Of a DNA stretch of 64,000 nucleotides, positions 49,883-59,304 are shown piece by piece (the first letter of the stretch is position 1; each line of letters starts with the position of its first letter). The notes below the pieces were generated by a model. That model had not been told where the DNA came from and made no database searches. It saw only the letters and a list, made by a program, of their open reading frames with translations. The stretch is from Thermodesulfobacteriota bacterium (GTDB lineage Bacteria; Desulfobacterota; Desulfobacteria; Desulfobacterales; SURF-7): positions 1 to 64,000 of the forward strand of contig JBMORA010000017.1 of assembly GCA_049320885.1 (NCBI GenBank), read 5' to 3'. Both the position numbers and the translations under genes were made by a program.

Positions 49883-49941
49883 CAACAACGGCATATCCGG
49901 TCACTGGCGATTTCGGTCGATATTCTTTTCATCTCGAATCG

Positions 49942-50541
49942 CTAAACCGATTTTGGGAAGAGTGAATCCATGATTACCTGGGCCTCATGGAGCCAGTGTT
50001 TTCTTTGCTCCTCTGTGCTGGTGACGACAATGCTGAACGTCCGGCGGTGGAAAGCATTGACACCGCAGAGACCGAAGATACAATTCTTCCAGATCGTTTC
50101 CAGCGGATCCCCGAAAACGTTTTTTTCTCTTTCCGGCTCCGTATTCGATGTATTCAACACAACGGCGGTCCTCGCCCGGAGCAGCCCATTGGGTGTGCCC
50201 TCACCGGAATCGCCTTCCAGAAACTCGTAGGCAATTCCGGGACGAATCACTCGATCGACCCAGCCTTTCAGTATGGCCGGCGGTTGCCCCCACCAGTTCG
50301 GGTGAATGATGACAATGCCATCGGCGGCCGCGATTTCCGCGCAATGGGACCTGATCAGTCGGGGTAGTGGTGCGTCCTTTGGAATCTCCGGCCCGGTAAG
50401 CAACGGATCGAAGTTTTCTCCATACAGATCATGAAAGAAAACGCTGTGCCCGTTCTTCTGGAGCTGTTCGACCGCGGTTCGCGCAAGCGCATGATTGAAA
50501 CTCCCGGGATCGGGATGGGCGAGGATAACGGATATTTTCAT
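49942..50541 (-). CDS. Flavodoxin-fold NAD(P)H:quinone oxidoreductase
   Basis: AHPDPGSFNHALA, PNWWGQPPAILKGWVDRV. Confidence 0.92.
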   Translation of the reverse strand: MKISVILAHPDPGSFNHALARTAVEQLQKNGHSVFFHDLYGENFDPLLTGPEIPKDAPLPRLIRSHCAEIAAADGIVIIHPNWWGQPPAILKGWVDRVIRPGIAYEFLEGDSGEGTPNGLLRARTAVVLNTSNTEPEREKNVFGDPLETIWKNCIFGLCGVNAFHRRTFSIVVTSTEEQRKHWLHEAQVIMDSLFPKSV

Positions 50542-51112
50542 GGGCACCAATTATTCGGGATCGTTGTTGACAAAATATACAACCATTCATGCCGGATCTC
50601 ATGGCTTTGGTGTTCGGGTTCAGAGGAAGGGCGGCCCATCATGAAAGTGCCGGGCGCGATATGGGTGAATTCCATGTTGATGGATTGACTGCAAATTCAT
50701 TCAGAAGTCGGCGACACTTTTTTTCCTTAGAGGCCACTTTTTACCCCCCCCAAAAGATAGCTCTAGAACTTTTTAGCCCCCAAAAAACCACTCTTTTATT
50801 ATTTTTTCAAGTTTTTACCTCTGTTCGACAAAAAATCCAAGACAAAAAATCCAAAATCTTTATAGAAATTTCGACTTACTTTTTTACGCTTTTTCTATCT
50901 TTCAAGAAAAAATTAATTTAATTTTGCGACTTCCTGCTTTATTATAGATTCAGGTGTCATTATGAAAGAGGAAAAAACTGTTTTGTCATTCGATTTTCCA
51001 GCCAAATTAAGAAAGGTAAGGATCAGGAAACGATAATTTCGTTTCTGGATGCGTTTATCAAGCGCAGAAAGTTTGAATGTGCATGGCTGAAGGCCGGTCA
51101 GGAGGTAACCCG

Positions 51113-51319
51113 ATGAGTACATTTACCGCTGTCGTTTACAAAGAAGACGATCTGTATGTAGCGCAATGCCCTGAGGTGGGGACGGCCAGTCAAGGCGAGA
51201 CCATCGAGGAGGCCGTGGAAAATCTTAAGGAAGCCACGGAGCTGTATCTGGAAGAGTTTCCCATGAAGCAAACCTGCCGCTCCATTCTGACCACCTTCGA
51301 GGTGCCGGTTCATGCCTGA
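51113..51319 (+). CDS. hicB: HicB-family antitoxin (short, no DNA-binding domain)
   Basis: YVAQCPEVGTASQGETIEEAVENLKEATELYLE. Confidence 0.9.
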   Translation: MSTFTAVVYKEDDLYVAQCPEVGTASQGETIEEAVENLKEATELYLEEFPMKQTCRSILTTFEVPVHA

Positions 51320-51536
51320 GCTGCCGAGGATTTCTGGCGACGAAGCCATCAAGGTTTTCAAAAGGCTTGGTTTTTATGAGGCCCGTCAGAAAGGCAGCCA
51401 TGTCGTTATGCGCCGGCTTGATAAAGGCTGTGTGATTCCACGACACAAAAGCCTTGCAATTGGAACGCTCAGAAGCGCAATCAAGCAGGCCGGCATCACC
51501 GCTGACGATTTCATTTCCGCCTATGAAGGAAAGTAA
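51312..51536 (+). CDS. hicA: HicA-family toxin
   Basis: LGFYEARQKGSHVVM...IPRH...GTLRSAIKQAG. Confidence 0.92.
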   Translation: MPELPRISGDEAIKVFKRLGFYEARQKGSHVVMRRLDKGCVIPRHKSLAIGTLRSAIKQAGITADDFISAYEGK

Positions 51537-52030
51537 CAATCCGTATAAAACAATCGGTCAAACACGAACAAAAACAAAAAATGCGGCGCCGCTTGTCAAT
51601 TGAAAAGCCCCGCCCGTCATGCCGCCTGCGTTCTCTTACATAATCCGACCTCAATTATCCGACATTGCAAGCCGCTCCGCGGAAAGACGGCAACATCCGG
51701 TAATTCGGATTATATAATCGAAAGCAAGGATCACGCCGGGCCGGGACTACACTTGCGGTAAGCAGCTGTCTGATTTTGATCGCCGGCTTCTCCGCCGGCT
51801 GCGGGCACTCCGGGAGACTCCGCAGCGAGAAAAGTCGCTCCGTATTATTGGCCGCGGCCGGGGCGTCACGGACCATGCACAAAAGCAAAGCATGGCCCTC
51901 GCCGCCCCGCCGGCCCTGAGCCCAGATTAATACCTCAGGAAGCCGCTTTGATGAGGTGTGTTCCAACGTTCAAGAAATAGTTAAAAGATATCACGCAGGA
52001 TAGTGAGGGGGCAGCCCCGGGCAAGTAATA

Positions 52031-52444
52031 TCATCTCTTCGATAACGCCAAAAATTCGTCAGGGTCGCAGACGGTAAGCGAAGAACCGGCAAAGTCTTTT
52101 GGGTTTCTAGTGATAACAACATCAGCCCCAGCCATCAGACCGGACTCACTCAACACCGCATCCTCAAAATCCTGGATTTTGCTCACGAGCGCCCGTTCGA
52201 TAACCGGTCTGTTTACGGTGGCAATTTCAAACAGGCTGATGAGCCTGTGCAGGGCATTCCGAGCCGTTGATTTCGGAAGAGATTTTACGAGCAGGTAATC
52301 AATGGTGGTGACGGTCGTGGCACAAATGAGGGCCTCCATGCGAGATTCTTCGGCAAGGCTGAAAATCTTGGCGGCCGGTTTTACGAAAGGATCGCGATCC
52401 AACAGAACATCAAGCACAATGTTGGTATCGATGATCGCTCTCAA
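52031..52444 (-). CDS. PIN-domain (VapC-like) toxin
   Basis: IDTNIVLDVLLDR, DFEDA, ITRNPKDF. Confidence 0.92.
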   Translation of the reverse strand: MRAIIDTNIVLDVLLDRDPFVKPAAKIFSLAEESRMEALICATTVTTIDYLLVKSLPKSTARNALHRLISLFEIATVNRPVIERALVSKIQDFEDAVLSESGLMAGADVVITRNPKDFAGSSLTVCDPDEFLALSKR

Positions 52445-52680
52445 AGGTATTTCTCCCGCAGGCGGACCTTGTAATCCTCTTCGGAGATTTCCTTGCCCTT
52501 CAAAATACCGACAAGTGAAGCGGTGGTAGGGGGCAATTCTTTTTCCGCAGCCTGTTCCAGACCAATGGAATCGATAAACTCGGCCACCATGCGAGATACG
52601 GATTTGCCCCTGCGTTTTGCCTCGAACTTGGCCTTCCGCACAATGGATTCATCCATTCGTAATGTCAGTTTCGTATTCAT
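52441..52680 (-). CDS. RHH-type antitoxin (DUF6364-like)
   Basis: MNTKLTLRMDESIVRKAK...GKSVSRMV...LREKYL; ATGA overlap with the PIN gene. Confidence 0.88.
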   Translation of the reverse strand: MNTKLTLRMDESIVRKAKFEAKRRGKSVSRMVAEFIDSIGLEQAAEKELPPTTASLVGILKGKEISEEDYKVRLREKYL

Positions 52681-52716
52681 GACGTATAATTTAATATCAT
52701 ATATACGTCAAGTCAA
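52680..52716 (-). promoter_or_regulatory. Sigma70-type promoter with palindromic operator; near-leaderless TA transcript
   Basis: TTGACT (52716-52711), 17 bp, TAAATT (52693-52688); inverted repeat TGACGTATA 52680-52688 / TATACGTCA 52702-52710. Confidence 0.75.
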
Positions 52717-52818
52717 GGCTTTTCCGCGAACAACAACGGCAAACGCGATACGCGCGGTGGAAAAACGGTTCTGATGTGATGAAAATCAGTCACCGGTAAA
52801 CGCACAGACCCATGGCGA

Positions 52819-54303
52819 TTATTGGTTCGATTTCAGTTGTTCGCGGGCCTTGGCCTGCTGTTCCTGGGCCTCCAGCGTCAGCTTGTAGGCAATATAGTAC
52901 TTATAGATATTGCGAACGTAAGTGGTGGTCTCCATGCCGACCCGTTTGGCGGTGACTATTTCCACATGGTTGAACCACTGATTGGGGTCGAGCCCTTGCT
53001 TGGCTGCCTCCTTGCGGATTTTGGCGATCCGGTTGGGTCCGGCGTTGTAAGCGGCGAAGGCGAACAGGGTCCGGTCCATCTCACTGAAGGTCGCATCCTG
53101 AAAATACTCTTTCATCAAATGGTCCATGTATTTGGCGCCGGCATGAATGTTGGGTTCCAGCACCCGGACATCGCCGACCTTCATGTACTTACCGGTGGAC
53201 GGCAGCACCTGCATGACCCCGACGGCGCCGCTGGGGCTGCGGGCCTTCTGCTGGAGTCTGGATTCCTGGTATCCCTGGGCCGCGAGCATCAGCGGATCAA
53301 AACCGTATTGATGGCCGTATTTCTGGAACAGGGTCAGCAAGCCGCCAAAACGCTGCCAGTCATTCTTGCCGGTGGAATTGTAAATCTGTTTGATGCGGCG
53401 GTTGTATTGGGCCAGGCGATAGATGATGCTGGCCTGCTTTTTGACGGCCTTGTTGTAAAAATCGTTCAATTCCGCCACAATCCCGGGGTGTTGCTTGCGG
53501 ATGGCCCAGCCGGTCCGCCCGCCGGTGCGGAGCGCCACCTGTTTGTTGACGGTCATGCGGGGCAGGATTTTTTGCCATATCTCGGCCTTCCAGTCGTCCA
53601 CGATGATCACGTTCAGCAGGCCGGCGTTCACCATTTCCATCATGTCCTCGTCCTCAAGGGTGTTGGGCACGGCGACAAGATCCATCTCCGGCTGCTTCTC
53701 CTGGCGAAAACGGTTGTTGAGCTGCACCAGGCTTTCATAATAGCTGGAGGATTTGCGCACATGGACCTGCCGTCCGGCCAGATCCTCCACCCGGGTAACC
53801 GGCTTGGCGTTGGGACCGGTAATAACCACTTCCGCAACCGTCCGGCCAAGATCCGGGGATACAAAATCCACCATCCGGAGGCGTTCATCGGTGACGGTGA
53901 GGTTGCCGGCGGCGATATCCCCCAGGCCGGTGACGACGTTGGGCAGCAATTTGTCGCGGGAGGTGGGAATGATGATGACGGTGATGGGCCGGTTGCCCAG
54001 TTTTTTGCGGTATTTGCGGTTGACGTAGCGTTCGAACTCGCGGACCAGATCCGCGGTGATGCCGCTTTCCTGCCCTTTGTCATTGAAATACAGGGTCCGG
54101 CTGTAGGGCACCAGCACCCGGATGATGCGGCGTGCCATCATCCCGTCGAAGTCCCCTTTCCAGACCTGGGCAGTGGTGGGCAGGGCAGCTGCCGGTTTTC
54201 CCGGGACGGCCGTCCCGGCCGGCTGTGGTTGCTGGGCCGGAGAAGCCGCCATGACCTGCGAAACGGCATGGAACAGGAACACCATCGATAGAAGCCATTT
54301 CAT
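52819..54303 (-). CDS. MltF-like lytic transglycosylase (SBP domain plus SLT domain)
   Basis: GDIAAGNLT, AQGYQES, GAVGVMQV, AAYNAGP, ETTTYV. Confidence 0.9.
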   Translation of the reverse strand: MKWLLSMVFLFHAVSQVMAASPAQQPQPAGTAVPGKPAAALPTTAQVWKGDFDGMMARRIIRVLVPYSRTLYFNDKGQESGITADLVREFERYVNRKYRKKLGNRPITVIIIPTSRDKLLPNVVTGLGDIAAGNLTVTDERLRMVDFVSPDLGRTVAEVVITGPNAKPVTRVEDLAGRQVHVRKSSSYYESLVQLNNRFRQEKQPEMDLVAVPNTLEDEDMMEMVNAGLLNVIIVDDWKAEIWQKILPRMTVNKQVALRTGGRTGWAIRKQHPGIVAELNDFYNKAVKKQASIIYRLAQYNRRIKQIYNSTGKNDWQRFGGLLTLFQKYGHQYGFDPLMLAAQGYQESRLQQKARSPSGAVGVMQVLPSTGKYMKVGDVRVLEPNIHAGAKYMDHLMKEYFQDATFSEMDRTLFAFAAYNAGPNRIAKIRKEAAKQGLDPNQWFNHVEIVTAKRVGMETTTYVRNIYKYYIAYKLTLEAQEQQAKAREQLKSNQ

Positions 54304-54340
54304 ATAACCGCCTTTCCCGATCCCGAAGGGGCCGTAAAAA

Positions 54341-54961
54341 TTATAAAAGATTGTTTTTATTAAGATTTTTCAACACTGCGCGGCACAGGGAGTCCACCAC
54401 TTCCGCAACGTCATCCGGATCCATGATTTCCGAGGAGACCGACCAGATCAGTTTTTCCGTGGCGGTTTCATACAGATTGGTTTCCAGGCGGACAAACACA
54501 TGCTGGCTGTAGTATCCGGGGTAGTGAACGTAATTGTCGACATAGGTGTAATAGGGGCCGAAACCATAGGAAGTCGCGGCCGGGACCCGCTGCATGGTGG
54601 GCGGGGTGTAGACTTCCTCTTCGTCGACTCCCAGCAGATGGGCCACCAGCACTGTATCCGTGCCGAGTTCCAGGGCCTTGGCCTTCAATGTATCCTTGGT
54701 CACTTTTTGATCCGCGGGGATCACCGCCGAACTGGCTGTCGCCGTGACACCTTCGCTGTTCAATTCCCTGGCGAAGGTCTCCTCAAAGAGTTTGCGGTTA
54801 GCGAGGTTGTCGGAAACGCCGACCACCAGGATTTTCTGGATGCGTCCCTTGTAGGCTTCGTCCTTGTACTCGGAAACCAGTTGGGTGGTGGTGCAGGAAG
54901 CCGCCCCCAGCAGAAACAGAAAAAGGAAGGATGAATGGATGAACCTGATTCTTTTACACAT
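54341..54961 (-). CDS. Lipoprotein (DUF4136-like)
   Basis: AASC lipobox, KILVVGV...RKLFE, RLETNLYE...LIWS. Confidence 0.7.
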   Translation of the reverse strand: MCKRIRFIHSSFLFLFLLGAASCTTTQLVSEYKDEAYKGRIQKILVVGVSDNLANRKLFEETFARELNSEGVTATASSAVIPADQKVTKDTLKAKALELGTDTVLVAHLLGVDEEEVYTPPTMQRVPAATSYGFGPYYTYVDNYVHYPGYYSQHVFVRLETNLYETATEKLIWSVSSEIMDPDDVAEVVDSLCRAVLKNLNKNNLL

Positions 54962-55198
54962 GAATGGCGTCTCCTTACGGTTAGGATGAAAATGGATATC
55001 CGGCGAACGGTCACCACCCGGCTCCTGTATTCCAACGAACGATCAGGATCAGGTTGCCGAGTTATCAACCGGTATGGCATCAGCGGAACAGTATCTTTCT
55101 ACAGGAACCTGTTTCCCCCGTCAAGGTGCAGCGTGCTTATGCCGCACCGCCGATGGTAATGACCTTCATTTGCCTATCTTCTTATTCATAAATAATGA

Positions 55199-56059
55199 TC
55201 AGTCTGATGTTGCCGCCGGACCCGGTTTGATTTTGAAGAAAGATGATACCGGTATCAGTATCGCCAGCATAAGTATAACCATCGTTGCGATCATCATCAT
55301 CACATTCGGCTGGTCACTAAACGCACTGGTTGCAGCTATTACTGCAACACTGGCATTTCGTGCGCCATGCATGTATCCCATGGCAATCATTGAACCGCGT
55401 TCCGGCCACCCAAGCAGGTAACCGATCCCAAAGGCGACAACGATGTAGATCACTCCTGCAAGAAGTGTATATGTGCCAAACAAACCAATGAATGGCTTAT
55501 AATAAAGCCCGACGAGTGTTAACAGCAGTAAAACCACGAAAAGGCGTGAAATCAGATGCAGGTACTTTTCGGCCTTATGGGCCGCCTTCTCAAAGCGTGA
55601 TCTGATAAAGAGCCCCAGAAGCAACGGCGCCACTATGGTAAGGACCAGCTTCAACACCAGATGCTTTACATCAACTTCAACATCAGGAAGAAATACGCCA
55701 ATCATAACAGGGATGTAGATGATTGTAATGGCAATCGACATGGCAAGTATGCCACCGGCAAGAGAGACATTGGCATTGGATTTGGCCGTAAATATGGGGC
55801 CTATCTCTGCTCCTGCCGCCATGGACAACAATACCAGGCCATATCTCAGCGTCGGATCAAGACCAAAGAGCCTCGCAATGGAGGTGGCAAGAAGCGGAAG
55901 GATGATGTAGCTCGTAACAATCGCTGAGATCGTTAAACGTACATTCGTAAGAGGTTCAATAATCTGTTTGACCGTCTGACTCAATCCCAATGCCAGCATT
56001 CCACTGACCACGTAAATCAGTATGACCGGTGTTAATGCGTGCGATAACAATTCATTCAT
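55199..56059 (-). CDS. Bile acid:sodium symporter (BASS/SBF) family transporter
   Basis: GMLALGLS, many TMs, ARNASVA. Confidence 0.82.
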   Translation of the reverse strand: MNELLSHALTPVILIYVVSGMLALGLSQTVKQIIEPLTNVRLTISAIVTSYIILPLLATSIARLFGLDPTLRYGLVLLSMAAGAEIGPIFTAKSNANVSLAGGILAMSIAITIIYIPVMIGVFLPDVEVDVKHLVLKLVLTIVAPLLLGLFIRSRFEKAAHKAEKYLHLISRLFVVLLLLTLVGLYYKPFIGLFGTYTLLAGVIYIVVAFGIGYLLGWPERGSMIAMGYMHGARNASVAVIAATSAFSDQPNVMMMIATMVILMLAILIPVSSFFKIKPGPAATSD

Positions 56060-56127
56060 TTTTTATTCCTCTTTTTTGGATAGTTACATGAATCAGAAGC
56101 TGACTGACGAAAACAAGCTACACAAAT

Positions 56128-56733
56128 TCATATAAAGCGTACCCGGCCGGTTTCAATCTCGTAGATGGCGCCGACACACTTGATGCGTCCTTCGGCGGCA
56201 CGCGCTTGGCCTTCGGGTGACTCGATGATCGCTTGAACCGTCAAACGGACGTTGCTCTCAACCGCCAGCGTCAGCCGAGTGCGTTTCGGAAGGTCGGGAT
56301 CAACCCCGGCCAGGGCCGGCAGGATGCTGTCCACCAGCAACTGGATCCGGGAAAGTTGTTGAACACCCTCATACTTCATCTGCAGGGCGGCCTGAATGGC
56401 GCCGCACCCTTCGTGGCCGAGCACCACCATCAAAGGGGTTTGCAAATGGCTGCCGGCATATTGCAGGCTGCCCGCCACCTCCGGGGAAAGGACGTTTCCC
56501 GCGACCCGAATCACAAACAATTCACCGATGCCGGCATCGAAAATCCATTCCGGCGGCACGCGTGAATCGCTGCAACCCAGTATCGTCGCAAAGGGCTGCT
56601 GACCCTGGACCAATCCGGCCAAGGTCTCGCGCGGCAGGATAGGCGGACGAGCCTTCCCTTTCAGAAACCGTTCATTGCCGTCGATCAGGCGCTGGAGGGC
56701 TTCGTCGGCGGAAATATCGGGGGGGCTGCTCAT
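56128..56733 (-). CDS. Beta-class carbonic anhydrase
   Basis: LQRLIDGNERF, GCSDSRV, RVAGN, LGHEGCGAI; start at ATG 56733 overlapping the upstream stop. Confidence 0.95.
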   Translation of the reverse strand: MSSPPDISADEALQRLIDGNERFLKGKARPPILPRETLAGLVQGQQPFATILGCSDSRVPPEWIFDAGIGELFVIRVAGNVLSPEVAGSLQYAGSHLQTPLMVVLGHEGCGAIQAALQMKYEGVQQLSRIQLLVDSILPALAGVDPDLPKRTRLTLAVESNVRLTVQAIIESPEGQARAAEGRIKCVGAIYEIETGRVRFI

Positions 56734-58331
56734 GATTGCACCCCCATCATCGCCAGCATCACCTGAAGAAGCAGGATCTTCATGATGGTGCCGGTCGGGA
56801 AGGTAAGCGCGTAGGCGATATCCGTGTGGTCGGTGGTCACGAGCTTCGAGGCGAACATCGCGTGGGCGGGGTTGGCGGCCACGCCACAGGTGGTGCCGAG
56901 AAGGTCGTCGATCCGGAACCTGAAAACGAAATGCCCCACGACCAGGTTGAAGAGCACCGCAACGAGAACGATGATAGCCCCCCAAACGAGATAGATCATG
57001 CCGGTTTGCTGCACCGTATCGAGGAAATTCGGACCCGCGGACATGCCGACCTGGGCAAGAAATACCGTGAGGCCGAAATTCCGCAGGATGAGATTGGCGG
57101 AGACGGGCATGGTCCAGACCCACCCGCCGGTTCGTCCCAGCCGTCCCAGGATGAGTCCCACAACGAGCGGTCCACCCGCAACGCCGAGCCGCAGGGGGCC
57201 TAATCCGGGGATAGGGATCGGAAGAATGCCCAGGAGCATGCCAATCGCCATGCCGATTCCGAGCGATACATAGCTGAACTCGGTGGTACCCTTGATAGAG
57301 TCGCCAAAATGCTTGCGGGCGGCCTCGCGATGCTCGCGCCGCATCATCACACCGACGCGGTCGCCGAACTCGAGCACGAGGCCGGGCCGAGGTAGGAGAT
57401 CGGCATCCCCCCGGCGCACATGAATGACGGAGAACTCCCGCACGCCGGGTATCTGGAGATCGACCAGCGAAACGCCGACCACCGCCGGTTTTGAGATGAA
57501 AAACCTGAAATAGTCCATATCTCCCCGGTCAACGGTGATATGGCCGGCAGCGGCTTCACCGATCAGCAGCCGTGCGCCATCGAGCGCCTCCTCAGACTCC
57601 CCTGCCAAAGCCACGACGTCATTATCCGCGAGGACGATATCGGCTGCGGGAACCTTGTTCTGGCTGTCTTGCCGGACGAGGACAATCCGCACACTGGCCG
57701 GCAGCCGGGCGCTTACCTCGGCCAGAGACCGGCCGATGACCTGCCTGTTGCGCACCACGACTTCCCGAAGGTCGAGACCCGTGCCGGTCTGCCCGAGGTC
57801 TTTGGGCTTGAGCCAGAGGTTGGCGAAATACATGCAAAGCAGCGGCGCGATGAAACCGAAGGGATAAGCCACGCTGTAACCAAGGGCCGGATCGTTGTTG
57901 CCGACCGTGCTGATGGCCGCCTGCAGTGCCGGCGTGCTGGTCAACGCACCGCAGAACAACCCGGCGACTGCCGAGGGTGAGACCGAAAACCCGGCGTAAG
58001 CCGCATAGCAGACCCCGATACCGGCAAGGTGAGACATCAGCACCAGCGCGTTCGCCTTTAGCCCGAAAGGGCTGGTCAGGCCGCTGAAGACTTGCTTCCC
58101 ATACATGATCCCTATTCCGTACACAAACAGTATCAGGCCGAGTGATCCCAGCAGGGCAGGCGGGGCGGACTTGGGCGCGAACATCCCCACGCCCAGGCCC
58201 ACGAAGAGCACTGCGCCCGCACCCAGGGAAAAGCCTCGAATGTTCACCCCGCCCAGTGCATATCCAAAGCCGATGACCATGACCATCGATAGCAGCGGCT
58301 GTTGTTCGAGAAAGAGTTTGAGGATATCCAT
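56730..58331 (-). CDS. AspT/YidE/YbjL family antiporter (with TrkA_C domains)
   Basis: GALTSTPALQAA, GYSVAYPFG, AGGPLVVGLILG, GLTVFLAQVGMSAG. Confidence 0.9.
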   Translation of the reverse strand: MDILKLFLEQQPLLSMVMVIGFGYALGGVNIRGFSLGAGAVLFVGLGVGMFAPKSAPPALLGSLGLILFVYGIGIMYGKQVFSGLTSPFGLKANALVLMSHLAGIGVCYAAYAGFSVSPSAVAGLFCGALTSTPALQAAISTVGNNDPALGYSVAYPFGFIAPLLCMYFANLWLKPKDLGQTGTGLDLREVVVRNRQVIGRSLAEVSARLPASVRIVLVRQDSQNKVPAADIVLADNDVVALAGESEEALDGARLLIGEAAAGHITVDRGDMDYFRFFISKPAVVGVSLVDLQIPGVREFSVIHVRRGDADLLPRPGLVLEFGDRVGVMMRREHREAARKHFGDSIKGTTEFSYVSLGIGMAIGMLLGILPIPIPGLGPLRLGVAGGPLVVGLILGRLGRTGGWVWTMPVSANLILRNFGLTVFLAQVGMSAGPNFLDTVQQTGMIYLVWGAIIVLVAVLFNLVVGHFVFRFRIDDLLGTTCGVAANPAHAMFASKLVTTDHTDIAYALTFPTGTIMKILLLQVMLAMMGVQS

Positions 58332-58332
58332 T

Positions 58333-59304
58333 TCAGTTTTCTCCTGGATTCAGCCGGCCAAAGGCCTCGTTGATGATGGCCTGCAGTCGGCTCATGGTTT
58401 CCGGTGCCGGTGGATTGAAATCCCGCATTTCGTATATCCGGCCGAGAAACCCGTATTTGCTCTCGCCGAAACGCATGTAAGGCAGCAGCTCGTAATCAAC
58501 CACGTTTTTATACGGTTTAATGAATGCCAGGGTCGCACGGATATGCTCCTCATCGTCATTGACTCCCGGAATGACCGGCGTGCGGGCAATGAATTTCTTA
58601 TCCGGGAATGTCTCATAGGCCCGTAAAAGGTTTTCCCGGATGCGCATGTTATCCACCCCTGTCCATTTCTTATGCCTGTCCGGATCGGTCAGTTTGATGT
58701 CATGAAGCACGGTATCCACATGCGGCAGGACTTTGGCCATGAACTCCCATGGCACATTGCTCGCCGTCTCGATCGCCGTATTGATCCCGCGCTCATGCGC
58801 CCCTGCCAGCAGCGCCGCCGCAAAATCGGCCTGTAATTGACATTCGCCGCCGGAGAGCGTCATCCCCCCTCCGGATTCACGATAGAAAGCGCTGTCCTGC
58901 TCCACCTCGTCAAGTACCTGGTCCACGGTCATCTTCCGCCCGAACAGGTAAAGGGCATTCGTCGGGCAGACGTCAACACATTTGCCGCAGTTGGTGCAGA
59001 GATCCCAGTTGATCCGGACTTTATCATCCGGCCGGTCGCCGGAGCCGACGATGAATAACGCCAGTTCGGGACAGACATCCTTCAGGCAGAAGCCGCACTG
59101 CTTTTCTCCGATGCAGCTGCCGGGCTTGTATCCGAGTTCCGGTTTCAGATGGATGCTTTCGGGATTCGAACACCATTTGCAGCGCAGGGAACAGCCCTTC
59201 AAAAAAACATTCGTCCGGATACCGGGGCCATCGTGGGTGCAGAAATGCTGGATATTCAAGACGAGCCCTGTCAATGCTCCTGTTTTATCCTGCTGACTGC
59301 TCAT
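58333..59304 (-). CDS. Glycyl-radical enzyme activating protein (radical SAM with ferredoxin insert)
   Basis: IQHFCTHDGPGIRTNVFLKGCSLRCKWCSNPES, insert C..C..C..C and CTNCGKCVDVCP, GGMTLSGGE. Confidence 0.95.
   Translation of the reverse strand: MSSQQDKTGALTGLVLNIQHFCTHDGPGIRTNVFLKGCSLRCKWCSNPESIHLKPELGYKPGSCIGEKQCGFCLKDVCPELALFIVGSGDRPDDKVRINWDLCTNCGKCVDVCPTNALYLFGRKMTVDQVLDEVEQDSAFYRESGGGMTLSGGECQLQADFAAALLAGAHERGINTAIETASNVPWEFMAKVLPHVDTVLHDIKLTDPDRHKKWTGVDNMRIRENLLRAYETFPDKKFIARTPVIPGVNDDEEHIRATLAFIKPYKNVVDYELLPYMRFGESKYGFLGRIYEMRDFNPPAPETMSRLQAIINEAFGRLNPGEN

Noticed and set aside
51540..51600. Possible attC after hicA (AAC-AATCG-GTCAAAC)
   Set aside because: No complementary L'/R' arm and no matching GTT at the 5' side of hicB.
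51655..51966. 103-aa minus-strand ORF between TA modules
   Set aside because: No SD, no motif and atypical composition.
52822..54291. 489-aa plus-strand ORF
   Set aside because: Antisense shadow of the MltF-like gene.
56734..57123. Apparent N-terminal extension of the carbonic anhydrase
   Set aside because: It is an alternative frame inside the antiporter; the real start is the coupled ATG at 56733.
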